Positions 10,139-19,355 of a stretch of DNA of 46,160 bases are shown here, piece by piece. The stretch lies in sequence record SRR2962707_2796. One strand, written 5' to 3'. Under the pieces are notes generated by a model that worked only from the letters and a program-made list of their open reading frames with translations, was not told where the DNA came from and ran no database searches. Each line of letters opens with the position of its first letter. The first letter of the stretch is position 1. The position numbers were made by a program, and so were the translations under genes.

Positions 10139-10565
10139 TTTCTCTGGTCGCCTTGTGTCGGTCTAAATTCCAAAATTCTGATCGTTCGCCAGCTGATCTT
10201 CTTATAAGTGATCCGTCTGCATTCGGTGTTCAAGGCTTTGAGGTTGCTCCAAGAAGAGCTTAAATCTGATTGAGTGGCGTGACGTAGGATTTCAGAGAGA
10301 TCCGTCGTTTATGGGCAAATTCATGGAACACAGACGCAAGGCACTGATTTTCCTGATAGCTCATCATGGGACAATGTAGGGCAACGCTGGCCGCAATTGT
10401 TGGCATGTACCAAAGGGCAAAACGTGAGTTTTTCGGATTTAGCTCTGGTCAGTTGAATGACCGTGCTGCCCAAGTTTGCGTCTTTTGTGGCGGTTACTTT
10501 TCTGGAACTCGTCCAGAATGGTCGTCTCTTCTGGTCTTTCAGAAAAAAAACGACAAGTATTGATC

Positions 10566-11294
10566 ATGCCTTTTCCTGACCACGTCTTTCAACATACACC
10601 AGCGCTTCGCGGTTTGATTACCCCTCCAGATGCGTCGGAGATGCGCTTCCCTCTGGAAAGGTTTGACGACCTGGATGAGCAAGCCAAAGCAGAAGGGTGG
10701 CCGCCCGGCTGGCGCATGGATCATGACGAACGAGAAGCCAATCGCCAGAGTGTTTTGTCTGACCGGTGGTCTCAGGATCTTTGGGTCTTTGCCTATGGTT
10801 CTTTGATCTGGGATCCGGCGGTGTACGTCGAAGAATATCGCCACGGGGTTTTGCCTGATTGGCATCGTAGATTTTGCATGCTGTTGGAAGGTGGACGCGC
10901 GACCCACGCGCAACCGGGGCTTATGGCAGCGCTTGATCAGGGGGGACATTGCGATGGGGTTGTTTTCCGCATCAAGGCAGAGTTGGTAGATCAGGAAACA
11001 CAATTCATGTGGCGGCGCGAAATGTTCGCGGGGGCCTATTGCCCGGTTTTTCTTGAAGTTGCCACGCCCCAAGGACCTGTCGACGCTTTGGTTTTCGTTA
11101 TGGATCAAACCAATCCTCGCTATGTGCCGACATTGTCGGATGAGCAAGCGGCGCGTATGATCGCAGTGGCAGAAGGCGGGCTCGGCACCAATTTCGCTTA
11201 CCTGCACGCCTTGATCAGTCATCTGGATGAATTGGGCATTCAAGATGACAATATGAAAAGACTGTATTCTCTGGCCCGCGCGCATCGCGCCTAA
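10566..11294 (+). CDS. chaC: ChaC-family gamma-glutamylcyclotransferase
   Basis: WVFAYGSLIW signature, PGLMAALD.GG.C.G, WRREM and G.N..YL motifs; ATG 10566 preferred over the TTG start in the ORF track. Confidence 0.85.
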   Translation: MPFPDHVFQHTPALRGLITPPDASEMRFPLERFDDLDEQAKAEGWPPGWRMDHDEREANRQSVLSDRWSQDLWVFAYGSLIWDPAVYVEEYRHGVLPDWHRRFCMLLEGGRATHAQPGLMAALDQGGHCDGVVFRIKAELVDQETQFMWRREMFAGAYCPVFLEVATPQGPVDALVFVMDQTNPRYVPTLSDEQAARMIAVAEGGLGTNFAYLHALISHLDELGIQDDNMKRLYSLARAHRA

Positions 11295-11587
11295 CTTGGC
11301 TGCCCATTGGGGTCTAGAGCCGTATTCCCCCCTAAAGCGGACCCGATCATCGCAACGAGGCTGATCATTATGGTGAAGGTTGGAGCCGATGCTTCTTTGG
11401 GTTGTGAAGTCACTGGGTATTTTAACCTCAAAGGGCGGCGTGGTGGTCTTGAGAAAACGTGAAGACGGGCCAGACCCAACGGTCCCAGACGCATATTTCT
11501 GTATGAAATTCTGGCCGCGTTCAAAAACTCATAAGGGGGTGGGTTTGGCATTTTGCCGCTGACAATGGTGTGAAACGCCGGGCGCTC

Positions 11588-11627
11588 AGAGCTTGAGGTA
11601 TCACTCCAGACCATCCCAGTATTGGAC
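11588..11627 (+). promoter_or_regulatory. CatR-type LysR binding region and -35 (TTGGAC) of the muconate cycloisomerase promoter
   Basis: AGAGCTTGAGGTAT-CACTCC-AGACCATCCCAGTAT-TGGAC; resembles CatR-type AGACC-N5-(G/A)GTAT boxes and recurs at two other promoters in the locus. Confidence 0.65.
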
Positions 11628-11685
11628 TTATGTTGCTGCGCGCGCGACCTTTGCACGAACCGTATTTAGACAAGTGGCAGCCCTC

Positions 11686-12831
11686 GTGACCAAGATTGAA
11701 CGCATAGAAACGACGATCATTGATATTCCCACAATCCGCGGCCATGTTCTGTCGATGACGACGATGATGGTTCAGTCCATCGTCTTAGTTCAGATACGAT
11801 TTTCCGACGGATCCGTTGGATTGGGTGAGGGGACGTCGATTGGCGGGATGAGCTATGGCGCGGAAAGCCCTGAAAGCATCAAAGTCGCCATCGACGCCTA
11901 TATTGCCCCGGCTTTGCAGAGATTGAACGGCGACGACGTCAATGCGGCCACCAACTTGATGCAAAAGATCGTTCGGGGGAATCCAATCGCCCGCTGCGCG
12001 GTAGAAACGGCGCTTTGGGATGGATTGGGGCGACGGCTGAATGTCTCGGTTGCTCAGCTCTTTGGCGGTAAGCAGCGGGACGCAATGCCGGTTGCCTGGA
12101 CGCTGGCCAGCGGAAATTCAGATCAGGATATTGCCGAAGCCCAGCAGATGCTGGATCGCAAGCGGCACAATATTTTCAAACTCAAGATCGGCAAACGTTC
12201 TGTGCAAGAGGACATTGCCCATGTGGCGGCCATCAAATCGGCTGTCGGAGATCGCGCGAGTATCCGGGTTGATGTCAATCAAGCGTGGACGATTTCGCAG
12301 GCGCGGTGGGGGCTGGCCGGATTGCAAGAGATTGGTGTGGATCTTGTGGAACAACCGATCGAGGCCAAACATCTTGGGGCATTGAAGCATCTGACGGATA
12401 CTTATGAAATTGCGGTGATGGCCGATGAAGCCCTACAGGGGCCAGAGGACGCTTTTCAAGTGGCCGCCAACAGATCGGCAGATGTCTTTGCCATCAAAAT
12501 CGCGCAATCAGGCGGTTTGAAACGTGCCTCAGACGTGATTGCAATCGCGCAGGCCGCCGGTATCGGGCTTTATGGCGGCACCATGCTCGAAGCAGGTGTA
12601 GGAACGGCCGCTGCCGTGCAGCTGTTTTCGACTGTGGAAACTTTGGATTGGGGCACAGAGCTGTTTGGCCCCTTGTTGTTCAAAGACGAAATTTTGACCG
12701 TGCCAATCACGTATGCGGATTTCTCGCTGAGCGTCCCGGACGGGCCGGGTATCGGCGTTACGTTGGACAGTGACAAGGTTGCGCATTATCGGCGGGATCG
12801 GGCGACCTCAGTTCATGTGGTTGCCGGTTAA
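11686..12831 (+). CDS. catB: Muconate cycloisomerase (MLE I, enolase superfamily)
   Basis: GTG start about 11686; D.PTIR.H.LS, GEGT.IGG..YG.ESPE, AWTLASG, FKLKIG, RVDVNQ.W, EQP, MADE, YGGTMLE, WGTELFGPLL. Confidence 0.93.
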   Translation: MTKIERIETTIIDIPTIRGHVLSMTTMMVQSIVLVQIRFSDGSVGLGEGTSIGGMSYGAESPESIKVAIDAYIAPALQRLNGDDVNAATNLMQKIVRGNPIARCAVETALWDGLGRRLNVSVAQLFGGKQRDAMPVAWTLASGNSDQDIAEAQQMLDRKRHNIFKLKIGKRSVQEDIAHVAAIKSAVGDRASIRVDVNQAWTISQARWGLAGLQEIGVDLVEQPIEAKHLGALKHLTDTYEIAVMADEALQGPEDAFQVAANRSADVFAIKIAQSGGLKRASDVIAIAQAAGIGLYGGTMLEAGVGTAAAVQLFSTVETLDWGTELFGPLLFKDEILTVPITYADFSLSVPDGPGIGVTLDSDKVAHYRRDRATSVHVVAG

Positions 12832-13184
12832 ACGCTCTGTTGAATAGGGGATTTGCAGGTTGCGACGGAGCCTAAAGATTTTTTAGGTTTAGTGATTGTA
12901 ATCTTTGTTCTTCTTCTTGTGACATGTGGGCGGGTAGGACCGTTGTGATGGTCGGCGTCCCCTTGCGTGCGGTCTGGCGGTCCAAATTTGCCTTATCTCG
13001 AGGCCGCTTTGAAAATTTGGTCACTTAGGTTCGCAAGACTTAGGGGCTCGACGACAAAATCAACCAAGCGTTTGACAGCGCTTTTTGGGAAAATTACACC
13101 TGCGTGCAGTATTTGCCCCTAAACAAGCGGCGTTCAATCCGGAACTGAACGACGATCAAAGGGCCATCCATTAATCGGAATTGT

Positions 13185-14075
13185 TCACAAGGTTTTGCGT
13201 GCAACCGATTGAGCCAATTGAACAAAATTTCGGACATGGACCCCTTGTTCGTCCAGTCGGTAGTTCAATGACAGCTCTGTATGGGCCAAGGCGGGTTCAA
13301 TCTGGTGAAACCGGATGCCATTGCGGGTTCCTGAGGCGACAGAGGCGGGCACGATGCAAACACCTTCTCCGATCGCGACAAGGCTAAGTGCGGTTTGCAG
13401 GTCCATCGTAAAGACCCGGTTTTCGATTTCAACACCTTCTGCAGCACAGCTGTTCAGCACGAAATCGGCGAAGCTGGGCCGAGGGTATTCCGGGTAAAGG
13501 ATAAAGTTCTGGTCAGCGAGGTTGTGTAAATTGGCAATCCCGCGATGCCCGGTGTCTATCGTGTCAGGCACGGCCATTACCAACGGCTCTTCGCCCAGTT
13601 TGCGGTTCACAAACTCACTGTCGGTCAATGCGGGACGGGCAAAGGCCACGTCGATTTCGCGGCTAACCAAAGAGCGGTGCAATTGCGCGTTATTCATCGG
13701 GATCAGGCCTAGGTTCACCTCGGGGTAATTGGCACGAAATGACTTGATCACATTGGGGAGGATGCCAAAAGTTGATGAGCCGACAAAGCCGATGCGCAAC
13801 CGTCCTTCGGCCCCTTGGCCAATCCGGCGCACCTCTAGTTTCACATCTTCAATCTGACGTAAGATATTGACGCCTCTGTCATAAAGACGTTCACCTGCTT
13901 GGGTAAGGGTAATGGCGTTGCGCCCACGGTTGAACAGCTGCGCGCCCAGTTCTTCTTCGGTTTGTTTGATTTGACGGCTCAACGGCGGTTGCGCCATGCC
14001 CAACCGTTCGGCGGCTCGGCCAAAATGAAGTTCTTCGGCCACGGCAACGAAATAGGTCAGCTGTCTCAGGTTCAT
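13185..14075 (-). CDS. LysR-family regulator, CatR/BenM-like
   Basis: HTH MNLRQLTYFVAVAEELHFGRAAERLGMAQPPLSRQI; YP..PRPSFAD and LQTALSLVA.GEG..IVPASV are characteristic of CatR/CatM effector domains. Confidence 0.9.
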   Translation of the reverse strand: MNLRQLTYFVAVAEELHFGRAAERLGMAQPPLSRQIKQTEEELGAQLFNRGRNAITLTQAGERLYDRGVNILRQIEDVKLEVRRIGQGAEGRLRIGFVGSSTFGILPNVIKSFRANYPEVNLGLIPMNNAQLHRSLVSREIDVAFARPALTDSEFVNRKLGEEPLVMAVPDTIDTGHRGIANLHNLADQNFILYPEYPRPSFADFVLNSCAAEGVEIENRVFTMDLQTALSLVAIGEGVCIVPASVASGTRNGIRFHQIEPALAHTELSLNYRLDEQGVHVRNFVQLAQSVARKTL

Positions 14076-14146
14076 CTTTTAGGCCTCGCTTTCCTCGCTG
14101 CCTATCATAGTGGCGAAGTCGGGTTTGTCTGCAAGTGGAATGCGAA

Positions 14147-14169
14147 AATCCCCCGAAGATCGGGGGATT
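14147..14169 (-). terminator. Intrinsic terminator after the dioxygenase gene
   Basis: 10-bp perfect stem AATCCCCCGA-AGA-TCGGGGGATT, followed by T residues on the minus strand. Confidence 0.7.
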
Positions 14170-14193
14170 CCAAAAGTCTTTGATAACGCGGCG

Positions 14194-15063
14194 TTATTCG
14201 GCGGCGATCGCGGTGGCTTCGGCCTTAAGAACAAAGTCAAATTCTACATGCAAATCGTCATGCATGTCGGCGGGAGCCTTTTTGAATTCCGCGATCAAAC
14301 TGTCCTTAACCGCAAAGACTGAGTCATTTTTTAGCCAGTCGCTGCTGCTGTCATACACTTGGCTGATCAATGTTCCGAAACCCTCCTTGGACAAGATAAA
14401 GTGCATGTGGCCGGGACGGTTGGGGTGATGCCCCATATAGCGCAACAGCTCGCCTGCGGTTTCATTGTCCGGGATCGGATAAGGCACAGGACGGACAGCG
14501 CGGAAGGCATAATGCCCGTTTTCATCAGTGACGAAACGGCCACGCAGGTTGTAATCGGGCTGGTTTGGGTCGTGGTTTTCATAAAGCCCGTTTGGCGCGT
14601 CTTCCCAGACATCCATGATCACACCTGCCAGAGGCGCCCCGGATGTGTCACGCACATAGCCTTCGAAATAGACGGATTCTTCGGTATCGAAGTGTTTCTG
14701 AACGGTCGACGCGCCCTTGGGCAGAACCGGCGGGTTCTCACGGTAAAATGGCCCAAGCACCGTGGATTCACTTTCCCCGCTATCGACCGGGTTGGTCATC
14801 ATATCGACCAGAACTTCGACCCCAAGAATGTCGCCCAAAAGGATAAATTCCTGACGCTTGTCGTCACAAATCTGTCCGGCGCGGGCAAGGTAGTCACAAG
14901 CAAACATGAACTCGCTATGCTGCAGCTTCACATCTTTGCAGAACCCATGCAGATGCTTGATCAGAGATTCCAAGATTTCACGCTGCCGGGCGTCAATGTC
15001 ACCATATTTACCAAGCGATGCGATCACCACGTCGCTGACATTTTCCATTGTTACGTTACCCAT
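14194..15063 (-). CDS. Intradiol ring-cleavage dioxygenase (catechol/hydroxyquinol 1,2-dioxygenase family)
   Basis: GGAGGAGG RBS before ATG 15063; RQEFILL.D.LG, STVLGPFY; Fe ligands in GLY, PYPIP and RPGHMH. Confidence 0.92.
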   Translation of the reverse strand: MGNVTMENVSDVVIASLGKYGDIDARQREILESLIKHLHGFCKDVKLQHSEFMFACDYLARAGQICDDKRQEFILLGDILGVEVLVDMMTNPVDSGESESTVLGPFYRENPPVLPKGASTVQKHFDTEESVYFEGYVRDTSGAPLAGVIMDVWEDAPNGLYENHDPNQPDYNLRGRFVTDENGHYAFRAVRPVPYPIPDNETAGELLRYMGHHPNRPGHMHFILSKEGFGTLISQVYDSSSDWLKNDSVFAVKDSLIAEFKKAPADMHDDLHVEFDFVLKAEATAIAAE

Positions 15064-15155
15064 CAGATTTCCTCCTCCAAGGATGTTACTGCAAAACCGT
15101 CCAAGACACTTCGTTTGGACCTGTTGGTGGCGATACTTTCCTAGCAAGCGCGTTC

Positions 15156-15196
15156 CTCCAATGCCCTGAGCGGTATCGACCAATACCTTCGCCTAT
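15156..15196 (-). promoter_or_regulatory. LysR-type binding region of the dioxygenase promoter
   Basis: Minus strand reads ATAGGCGAAGGTAT-TGGTCG-ATACCGCTCAGGGCAT-TGGAG, the same layout as the catB promoter. Confidence 0.6.
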
Positions 15197-15222
15197 GGCC
15201 GCGCCATGAAGCGCCCGGATTG

Positions 15223-15263
15223 ATCCCATAGGGTATTGCCGGATACCCGCCGGGACATTGCAG
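15223..15263 (+). promoter_or_regulatory. LysR-type binding region of the SCP2-like/hydrolase/ABC/BKACE operon promoter
   Basis: ATCCCATAGGGTAT-TGCCGG-ATACCCGCCGGGACAT-TGCAG, the same layout as the other two. Confidence 0.6.
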
Positions 15264-15327
15264 AAGCTTCCCCTCAAAGTTCAGGTTGGGCCCAACAAGT
15301 GGCGCGACTTGCGTCAAAGGAGGGTCC

Positions 15328-15708
15328 ATGTATTCAACGCTACAGACAATGCAGACGCAGTTAAATGCGTCAGAACACCTGAAACATCTGGGCCGGTTGT
15401 TTTCTGAAACCGTTCTGATCGAGGTGGACGGCAACGAATTCTATCTGACTTTTGAAAAAGGCACCTTGGTTTCCTTGTCTCCAGGTCCTAGCCGCAAAAC
15501 CCCTTGGCGCTTTGCTTTTCGCACGGATACCGATGCGCTGCGTCAGTTTTGGCAACCCCGCCCGGCACCGGGATTTCACGACATCTTTGGTTTGGTGAAG
15601 ATCGGTCGGGGCCGGATCGAAGGGGACATGCTGATGTTGGTTAAAAACCTTCGATACTTCAAGGAATTCATGTCGTTAGGACGTCCGAAGCCGGAGGAAA
15701 CGCAATGA
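15328..15708 (+). CDS. Small hypothetical protein with probable SCP2-like (sterol-carrier) fold
   Basis: AAGGAGG RBS before ATG 15328; beta-rich middle and C-terminal G..RIEGD...L..NL pattern reminiscent of SCP2 domains; ATGA-coupled to the hydrolase. The fold call is an inference. Confidence 0.7.
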   Translation: MYSTLQTMQTQLNASEHLKHLGRLFSETVLIEVDGNEFYLTFEKGTLVSLSPGPSRKTPWRFAFRTDTDALRQFWQPRPAPGFHDIFGLVKIGRGRIEGDMLMLVKNLRYFKEFMSLGRPKPEETQ

Positions 15709-16550
15709 TTGAACCTATTGTCGGGCGCTATGTGACCGTAGAGGTCGAAGGGGTCTCTCAGCGGATCTACTTTGAAGAAGCCGGGAAGGGTCGCCCTGTG
15801 CTGTGTCTGCACACAGCTGGCGCAGACACCCGACAGTGGCGCCATCTTATGAATGATGCTGAGATCACTGAGAACAATCGCCTGATTGCTTTTGATCTGC
15901 CATGGCACAGCAAGTCTTTGCCGCCAGAAGGGTTTCAGACAGAAGAATACCTGCTGACGACGGAAACCTATATCGCGACGGTTTTGGCGATGATTTCAGC
16001 CTTGAATTTGGATCGTCCTATCTTGGCAGGGTGTTCAATGGGAGGACGGATCGCCCTTCAACTGGCAGCGCTTCATCCCGAGAAATTCAGTGGTTTCATC
16101 GCCATCGAAGCCAGCGACTTTCAACCGGCCTGGTATGATATTGATTGGTTCGCGCGTCCCGATTCCCATGGCGGCGAAATGGGGGCCGCGCTGGTTTCGG
16201 CCAATATTTCCCCCTTCGCCCCCGAGGCTGAGCGGTGGAACACGTTGTGGATGTTCATGCAATCCGGTCCGGGCGTATTTCGGGGAGACCTGAGTTTTTA
16301 CACCCGCGACGATAGCCTGATTGCCCGGCTTGGCCAAATCGACACCACCAAAACGCCCGTTCATCTGATCGTCGGGGCCTATGATCTGACCTGTACACCA
16401 GAAGATGCGAAACGCACTGCGGACGCCATTTCTGGGGCAACACTCTCTGTCATGGACGAGGTCGGTCACTTCCCAATGAGTGAACATCCGGCGGGCTTTC
16501 GTCCGTTCTTTATCGACGCTCTCGGCAGAATGCCCGGATCGGAGGCCTAG
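15705..16550 (+). CDS. Alpha/beta-fold hydrolase
   Basis: LHTAGAD oxyanion region, FDLPWH, nucleophile elbow GCSMGG, G.YD acid and GHFP catalytic His. Confidence 0.9.
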   Translation: MIEPIVGRYVTVEVEGVSQRIYFEEAGKGRPVLCLHTAGADTRQWRHLMNDAEITENNRLIAFDLPWHSKSLPPEGFQTEEYLLTTETYIATVLAMISALNLDRPILAGCSMGGRIALQLAALHPEKFSGFIAIEASDFQPAWYDIDWFARPDSHGGEMGAALVSANISPFAPEAERWNTLWMFMQSGPGVFRGDLSFYTRDDSLIARLGQIDTTKTPVHLIVGAYDLTCTPEDAKRTADAISGATLSVMDEVGHFPMSEHPAGFRPFFIDALGRMPGSEA

Positions 16551-16591
16551 CGCCCCGGTCCAATTCACATGGTGTAAGGAGGAAACACCCA

Positions 16592-17866
16592 ATGACTCGC
16601 AAGACCACGATTTCACGCCGCCAATTTGGCGCAGGCGTTGCCGCTCTGGGGGCCGCTTCAACACTGCCTTTGCCCGTGCAAGCCAAAACCCAGACCATCA
16701 AAATTGGCTTTGTCACACCGCAAACCGGTCCTTTGGCGGTATTTGCTGAATCTGATGCCTTTGTCCTTGAACAATTCCGCAGTCAACTTGCCGATGGTCT
16801 AGAGATCAACGGAGAGATGTACAACATTGAGATCATTGTAAAAGACAGTCAGTCCAACTCAAACCGTGCGGCGACTGTTGCTCAGGAATTGATGTTCGAC
16901 GACGAGGTGCATTTGATCACAGCGACTTCGACCCCGGACACCACCAATCCAGTTGCGGATCAGGCCGAGCTTAACGAAGTTCCCTGCCTGACCAACGACA
17001 CGCCGTGGCAGCCGCATTTCTTTGGACGTCAGGGAGACCCGGCAAAAGGCTTTGATTGGACCTTCCATTTCTTCTGGGGTCTTGAAGATGTCATTTCGAC
17101 CTTCACAGGTATTTGGAACCAGACCGAGACCAACAAAGTGGTTGGCGCACTTTGGCCAAATGACCCAGATGGCAATGCTTGGGGCAGCCCAGACGTTGGC
17201 TTTCCACCTGTTCTGGAGAAAATGGGCTATACCGTGGTTGATCCGGGCCGATACCAGGTGATGAGCGACGATTTCAGCGCTCAGATCAGCGCCTTTAAGG
17301 CCGCTGGTGTCGAAATATTGACCGGTGTTGTCCCGCCGCCCGATTTCACAACCTTCTGGCTACAGGCTGCCCAGCAGGGCTTTGCGCCCAAAGTGGTGAC
17401 ATTTGGTAAAGCACTCGAATTTCCGCAAGTGATCGGGTCGCTTGGAGATCGGGGTGAGGGGCTGAGCACAGAGGTTTGGTGGTCGCCCGGCCATCCGTAT
17501 AGCTCTGGGTTTACCGGTCAAAGTTCGGCTGAACTGGCCTCGGCCTATGAAGCGGCGACCGGAAACCCTTGGACCATGCCGCTGGCGTTTAAACATTCGT
17601 TGTTCGAAGTCGCGATTGACGCGCTCAAGCGCAGCGAAGACCCGACCGACCCTGCCTCGATCCGCGAAGCGTTGCGCGCCACGGATTACCAATCCATCGT
17701 CGGGCCGGTGAACTTTATGACGGGTCCGGTGCCCAATATTTCCAAAACACCTTTGGTGGGTGGTCAGTGGCACATCAAGGACGGAAAGCCCGTTTTGGAA
17801 ATCGTGGAAAACAGCGATCACGCGGCGATTTCCAAGACATCCACCGTTTCGCTGATTGGCGGGTAA
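16592..17866 (+). CDS. ABC transporter substrate-binding protein (Liv/branched-chain type), Tat-exported
   Basis: AGGAGG RBS; SRRQF twin-arginine signal; IKIGFVTPQTGPLA N-terminal motif. Confidence 0.9.
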   Translation: MTRKTTISRRQFGAGVAALGAASTLPLPVQAKTQTIKIGFVTPQTGPLAVFAESDAFVLEQFRSQLADGLEINGEMYNIEIIVKDSQSNSNRAATVAQELMFDDEVHLITATSTPDTTNPVADQAELNEVPCLTNDTPWQPHFFGRQGDPAKGFDWTFHFFWGLEDVISTFTGIWNQTETNKVVGALWPNDPDGNAWGSPDVGFPPVLEKMGYTVVDPGRYQVMSDDFSAQISAFKAAGVEILTGVVPPPDFTTFWLQAAQQGFAPKVVTFGKALEFPQVIGSLGDRGEGLSTEVWWSPGHPYSSGFTGQSSAELASAYEAATGNPWTMPLAFKHSLFEVAIDALKRSEDPTDPASIREALRATDYQSIVGPVNFMTGPVPNISKTPLVGGQWHIKDGKPVLEIVENSDHAAISKTSTVSLIGG

Positions 17867-17877
17867 CGCCGGCACAG

Positions 17878-17909
17878 GGCCTCGCCAAAATGGCGGGGCC
17901 ACATTTTTT
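17878..17909 (+). terminator. Intra-operon stem-loop after the binding-protein gene
   Basis: GGCCTCGCCA-AAA-TGGCGGGGCC followed by ACATTTTTT. Confidence 0.55.
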
Positions 17910-17922
17910 GAAAGGCGGGGCT

Positions 17923-18642
17923 GTGACTGCTTTGTTAGAAACCCAAGGGTTGGTGAAAAGCTTTGGTGCCGTGCGTGCCGTTGATGATGTGTCGCTTTCT
18001 CTGGCGGCCGGAGGCACGCTTGGGATCATTGGTCCGAACGGGGCAGGGAAGTCTTCACTGTTCAACCTTATCGCCGGTGTCATGCCCGCAGATTCAGGCC
18101 AGGTCTTGTGGCAAGGACAGGATATCACGCGCCTGTCCGCGGCAGAACGCTGTCGAATGGGCGTTGGCCGGACCTATCAAATTCCAAAGCCGTTTAGCGG
18201 TCTCACAGTTTACGAAAACTTACTTGTTGCGGCTGAATTTGGCGGTGAAGAAGGGGACGATTCCGAAGGGCTTTGCCTGTCGATTTTGGATCAAATGGAG
18301 CTGTCACATCTCGCAGATGCCCCAGCCGGGGGGCTGCGATTGTTAGAGCGCAAGAGATTGGAGATGGCCCGTGCGCTGGCGACGCGTCCCAAAGTGTTGT
18401 TGCTGGACGAAATCGCGGGTGGGCTGACCGATCTGGAATGCGACAGTCTTATTGCCGCCATCCGTGACATCAAAGCCCAAGGCGTTGCCATCATCTGGAT
18501 CGAACATGTGGTGCACGCGCTGTTTGCTGTGGTCGATCAGTTGGCCGTCATCAATTTCGGCGCAAAAATTGCTGAGGGTCCGCCAAAACAGACCTTTGAA
18601 AGCGCCGAGGTTCAATCCATCTATTTAGGGATCGAAGCATGA
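17923..18642 (+). CDS. ABC transporter ATP-binding protein (LivG-like)
   Basis: GTG start; GPNGAGKS, RTYQIP, LLLDE..GL, IEH. Confidence 0.92.
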   Translation: MTALLETQGLVKSFGAVRAVDDVSLSLAAGGTLGIIGPNGAGKSSLFNLIAGVMPADSGQVLWQGQDITRLSAAERCRMGVGRTYQIPKPFSGLTVYENLLVAAEFGGEEGDDSEGLCLSILDQMELSHLADAPAGGLRLLERKRLEMARALATRPKVLLLDEIAGGLTDLECDSLIAAIRDIKAQGVAIIWIEHVVHALFAVVDQLAVINFGAKIAEGPPKQTFESAEVQSIYLGIEA

Positions 18643-19355
18643 CCGAATTGCTACGGATCGAAGGGTTAGAAGCGTTTTACGGCGACTTCCAGGCTTTGTT
18701 TGGCATCTCTTTTGAGGTGGCAGAGGCAGAGACGGTTGCGCTTGTCGGTGCCAATGGGGCGGGGAAATCGACCTTTCTGAAATGTCTGACAGGTTTACTA
18801 CCGACACCGGGTCAAAACATAATTTATCGCGGGCAGAATATCGCTGGCTGGCCTTCGCATCAGATCGCACGGCAGGGCATCGCAATGTCACCAGAGGGCC
18901 GTCGGCTATTCCCGTCGCTTTCCGTTGAGGAAAACCTTTGCCTGGGGGCCAATGTCGGCCGAAAGGGGCAATGGGACCTGGCGGCTGTGCATGAGCTTTT
19001 TCCAATCCTCGCCGAAAAGCGCGATACGCCGGCCACGTTGTTGTCGGGGGGACAACAACAGATGGTTGCCATTGGCCGTGCGTTGATGAGCAATCCGGCG
19101 CTTTTGTTACTGGATGAGGTCAGCCTTGGTTTGGCGCCGGTCATTGTGCGCGACATCTATGCGGCGCTGCCGAAAATCCGCTCTGGTGGCACAGCCGTGC
19201 TGTTGGTCGAACAGGATATTGGCATGGCGATGCAAGTTTCAAACCGTCTGTACTGTTTTCAAGAAGGTCATGTCAGTCTGAGCGGCCCTGCTGCCGAGCT
19301 GACCCGCGACATGATTTCAACCGCATATTTTGGTCGCCAGAAAGAGGTGCAGTGA
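18639..19355 (+). CDS. ABC transporter ATP-binding protein (LivF-like)
   Basis: GANGAGKS, PEGRRLFPSL, LSGGQQQM, LLLDE.SLGLAP. Confidence 0.93.
   Translation: MTELLRIEGLEAFYGDFQALFGISFEVAEAETVALVGANGAGKSTFLKCLTGLLPTPGQNIIYRGQNIAGWPSHQIARQGIAMSPEGRRLFPSLSVEENLCLGANVGRKGQWDLAAVHELFPILAEKRDTPATLLSGGQQQMVAIGRALMSNPALLLLDEVSLGLAPVIVRDIYAALPKIRSGGTAVLLVEQDIGMAMQVSNRLYCFQEGHVSLSGPAAELTRDMISTAYFGRQKEVQ

Noticed and set aside
10543-10550. A8 tract upstream of chaC as a phase-variation site
   Set aside because: Short, and outside the likely coding start; no supporting evidence
12832-13184. Possible catC or catC remnant after catB
   Set aside because: No ORF of suitable length or CatC-like sequence seen; only short inverted repeats (12871-12887 and 12982-13020)
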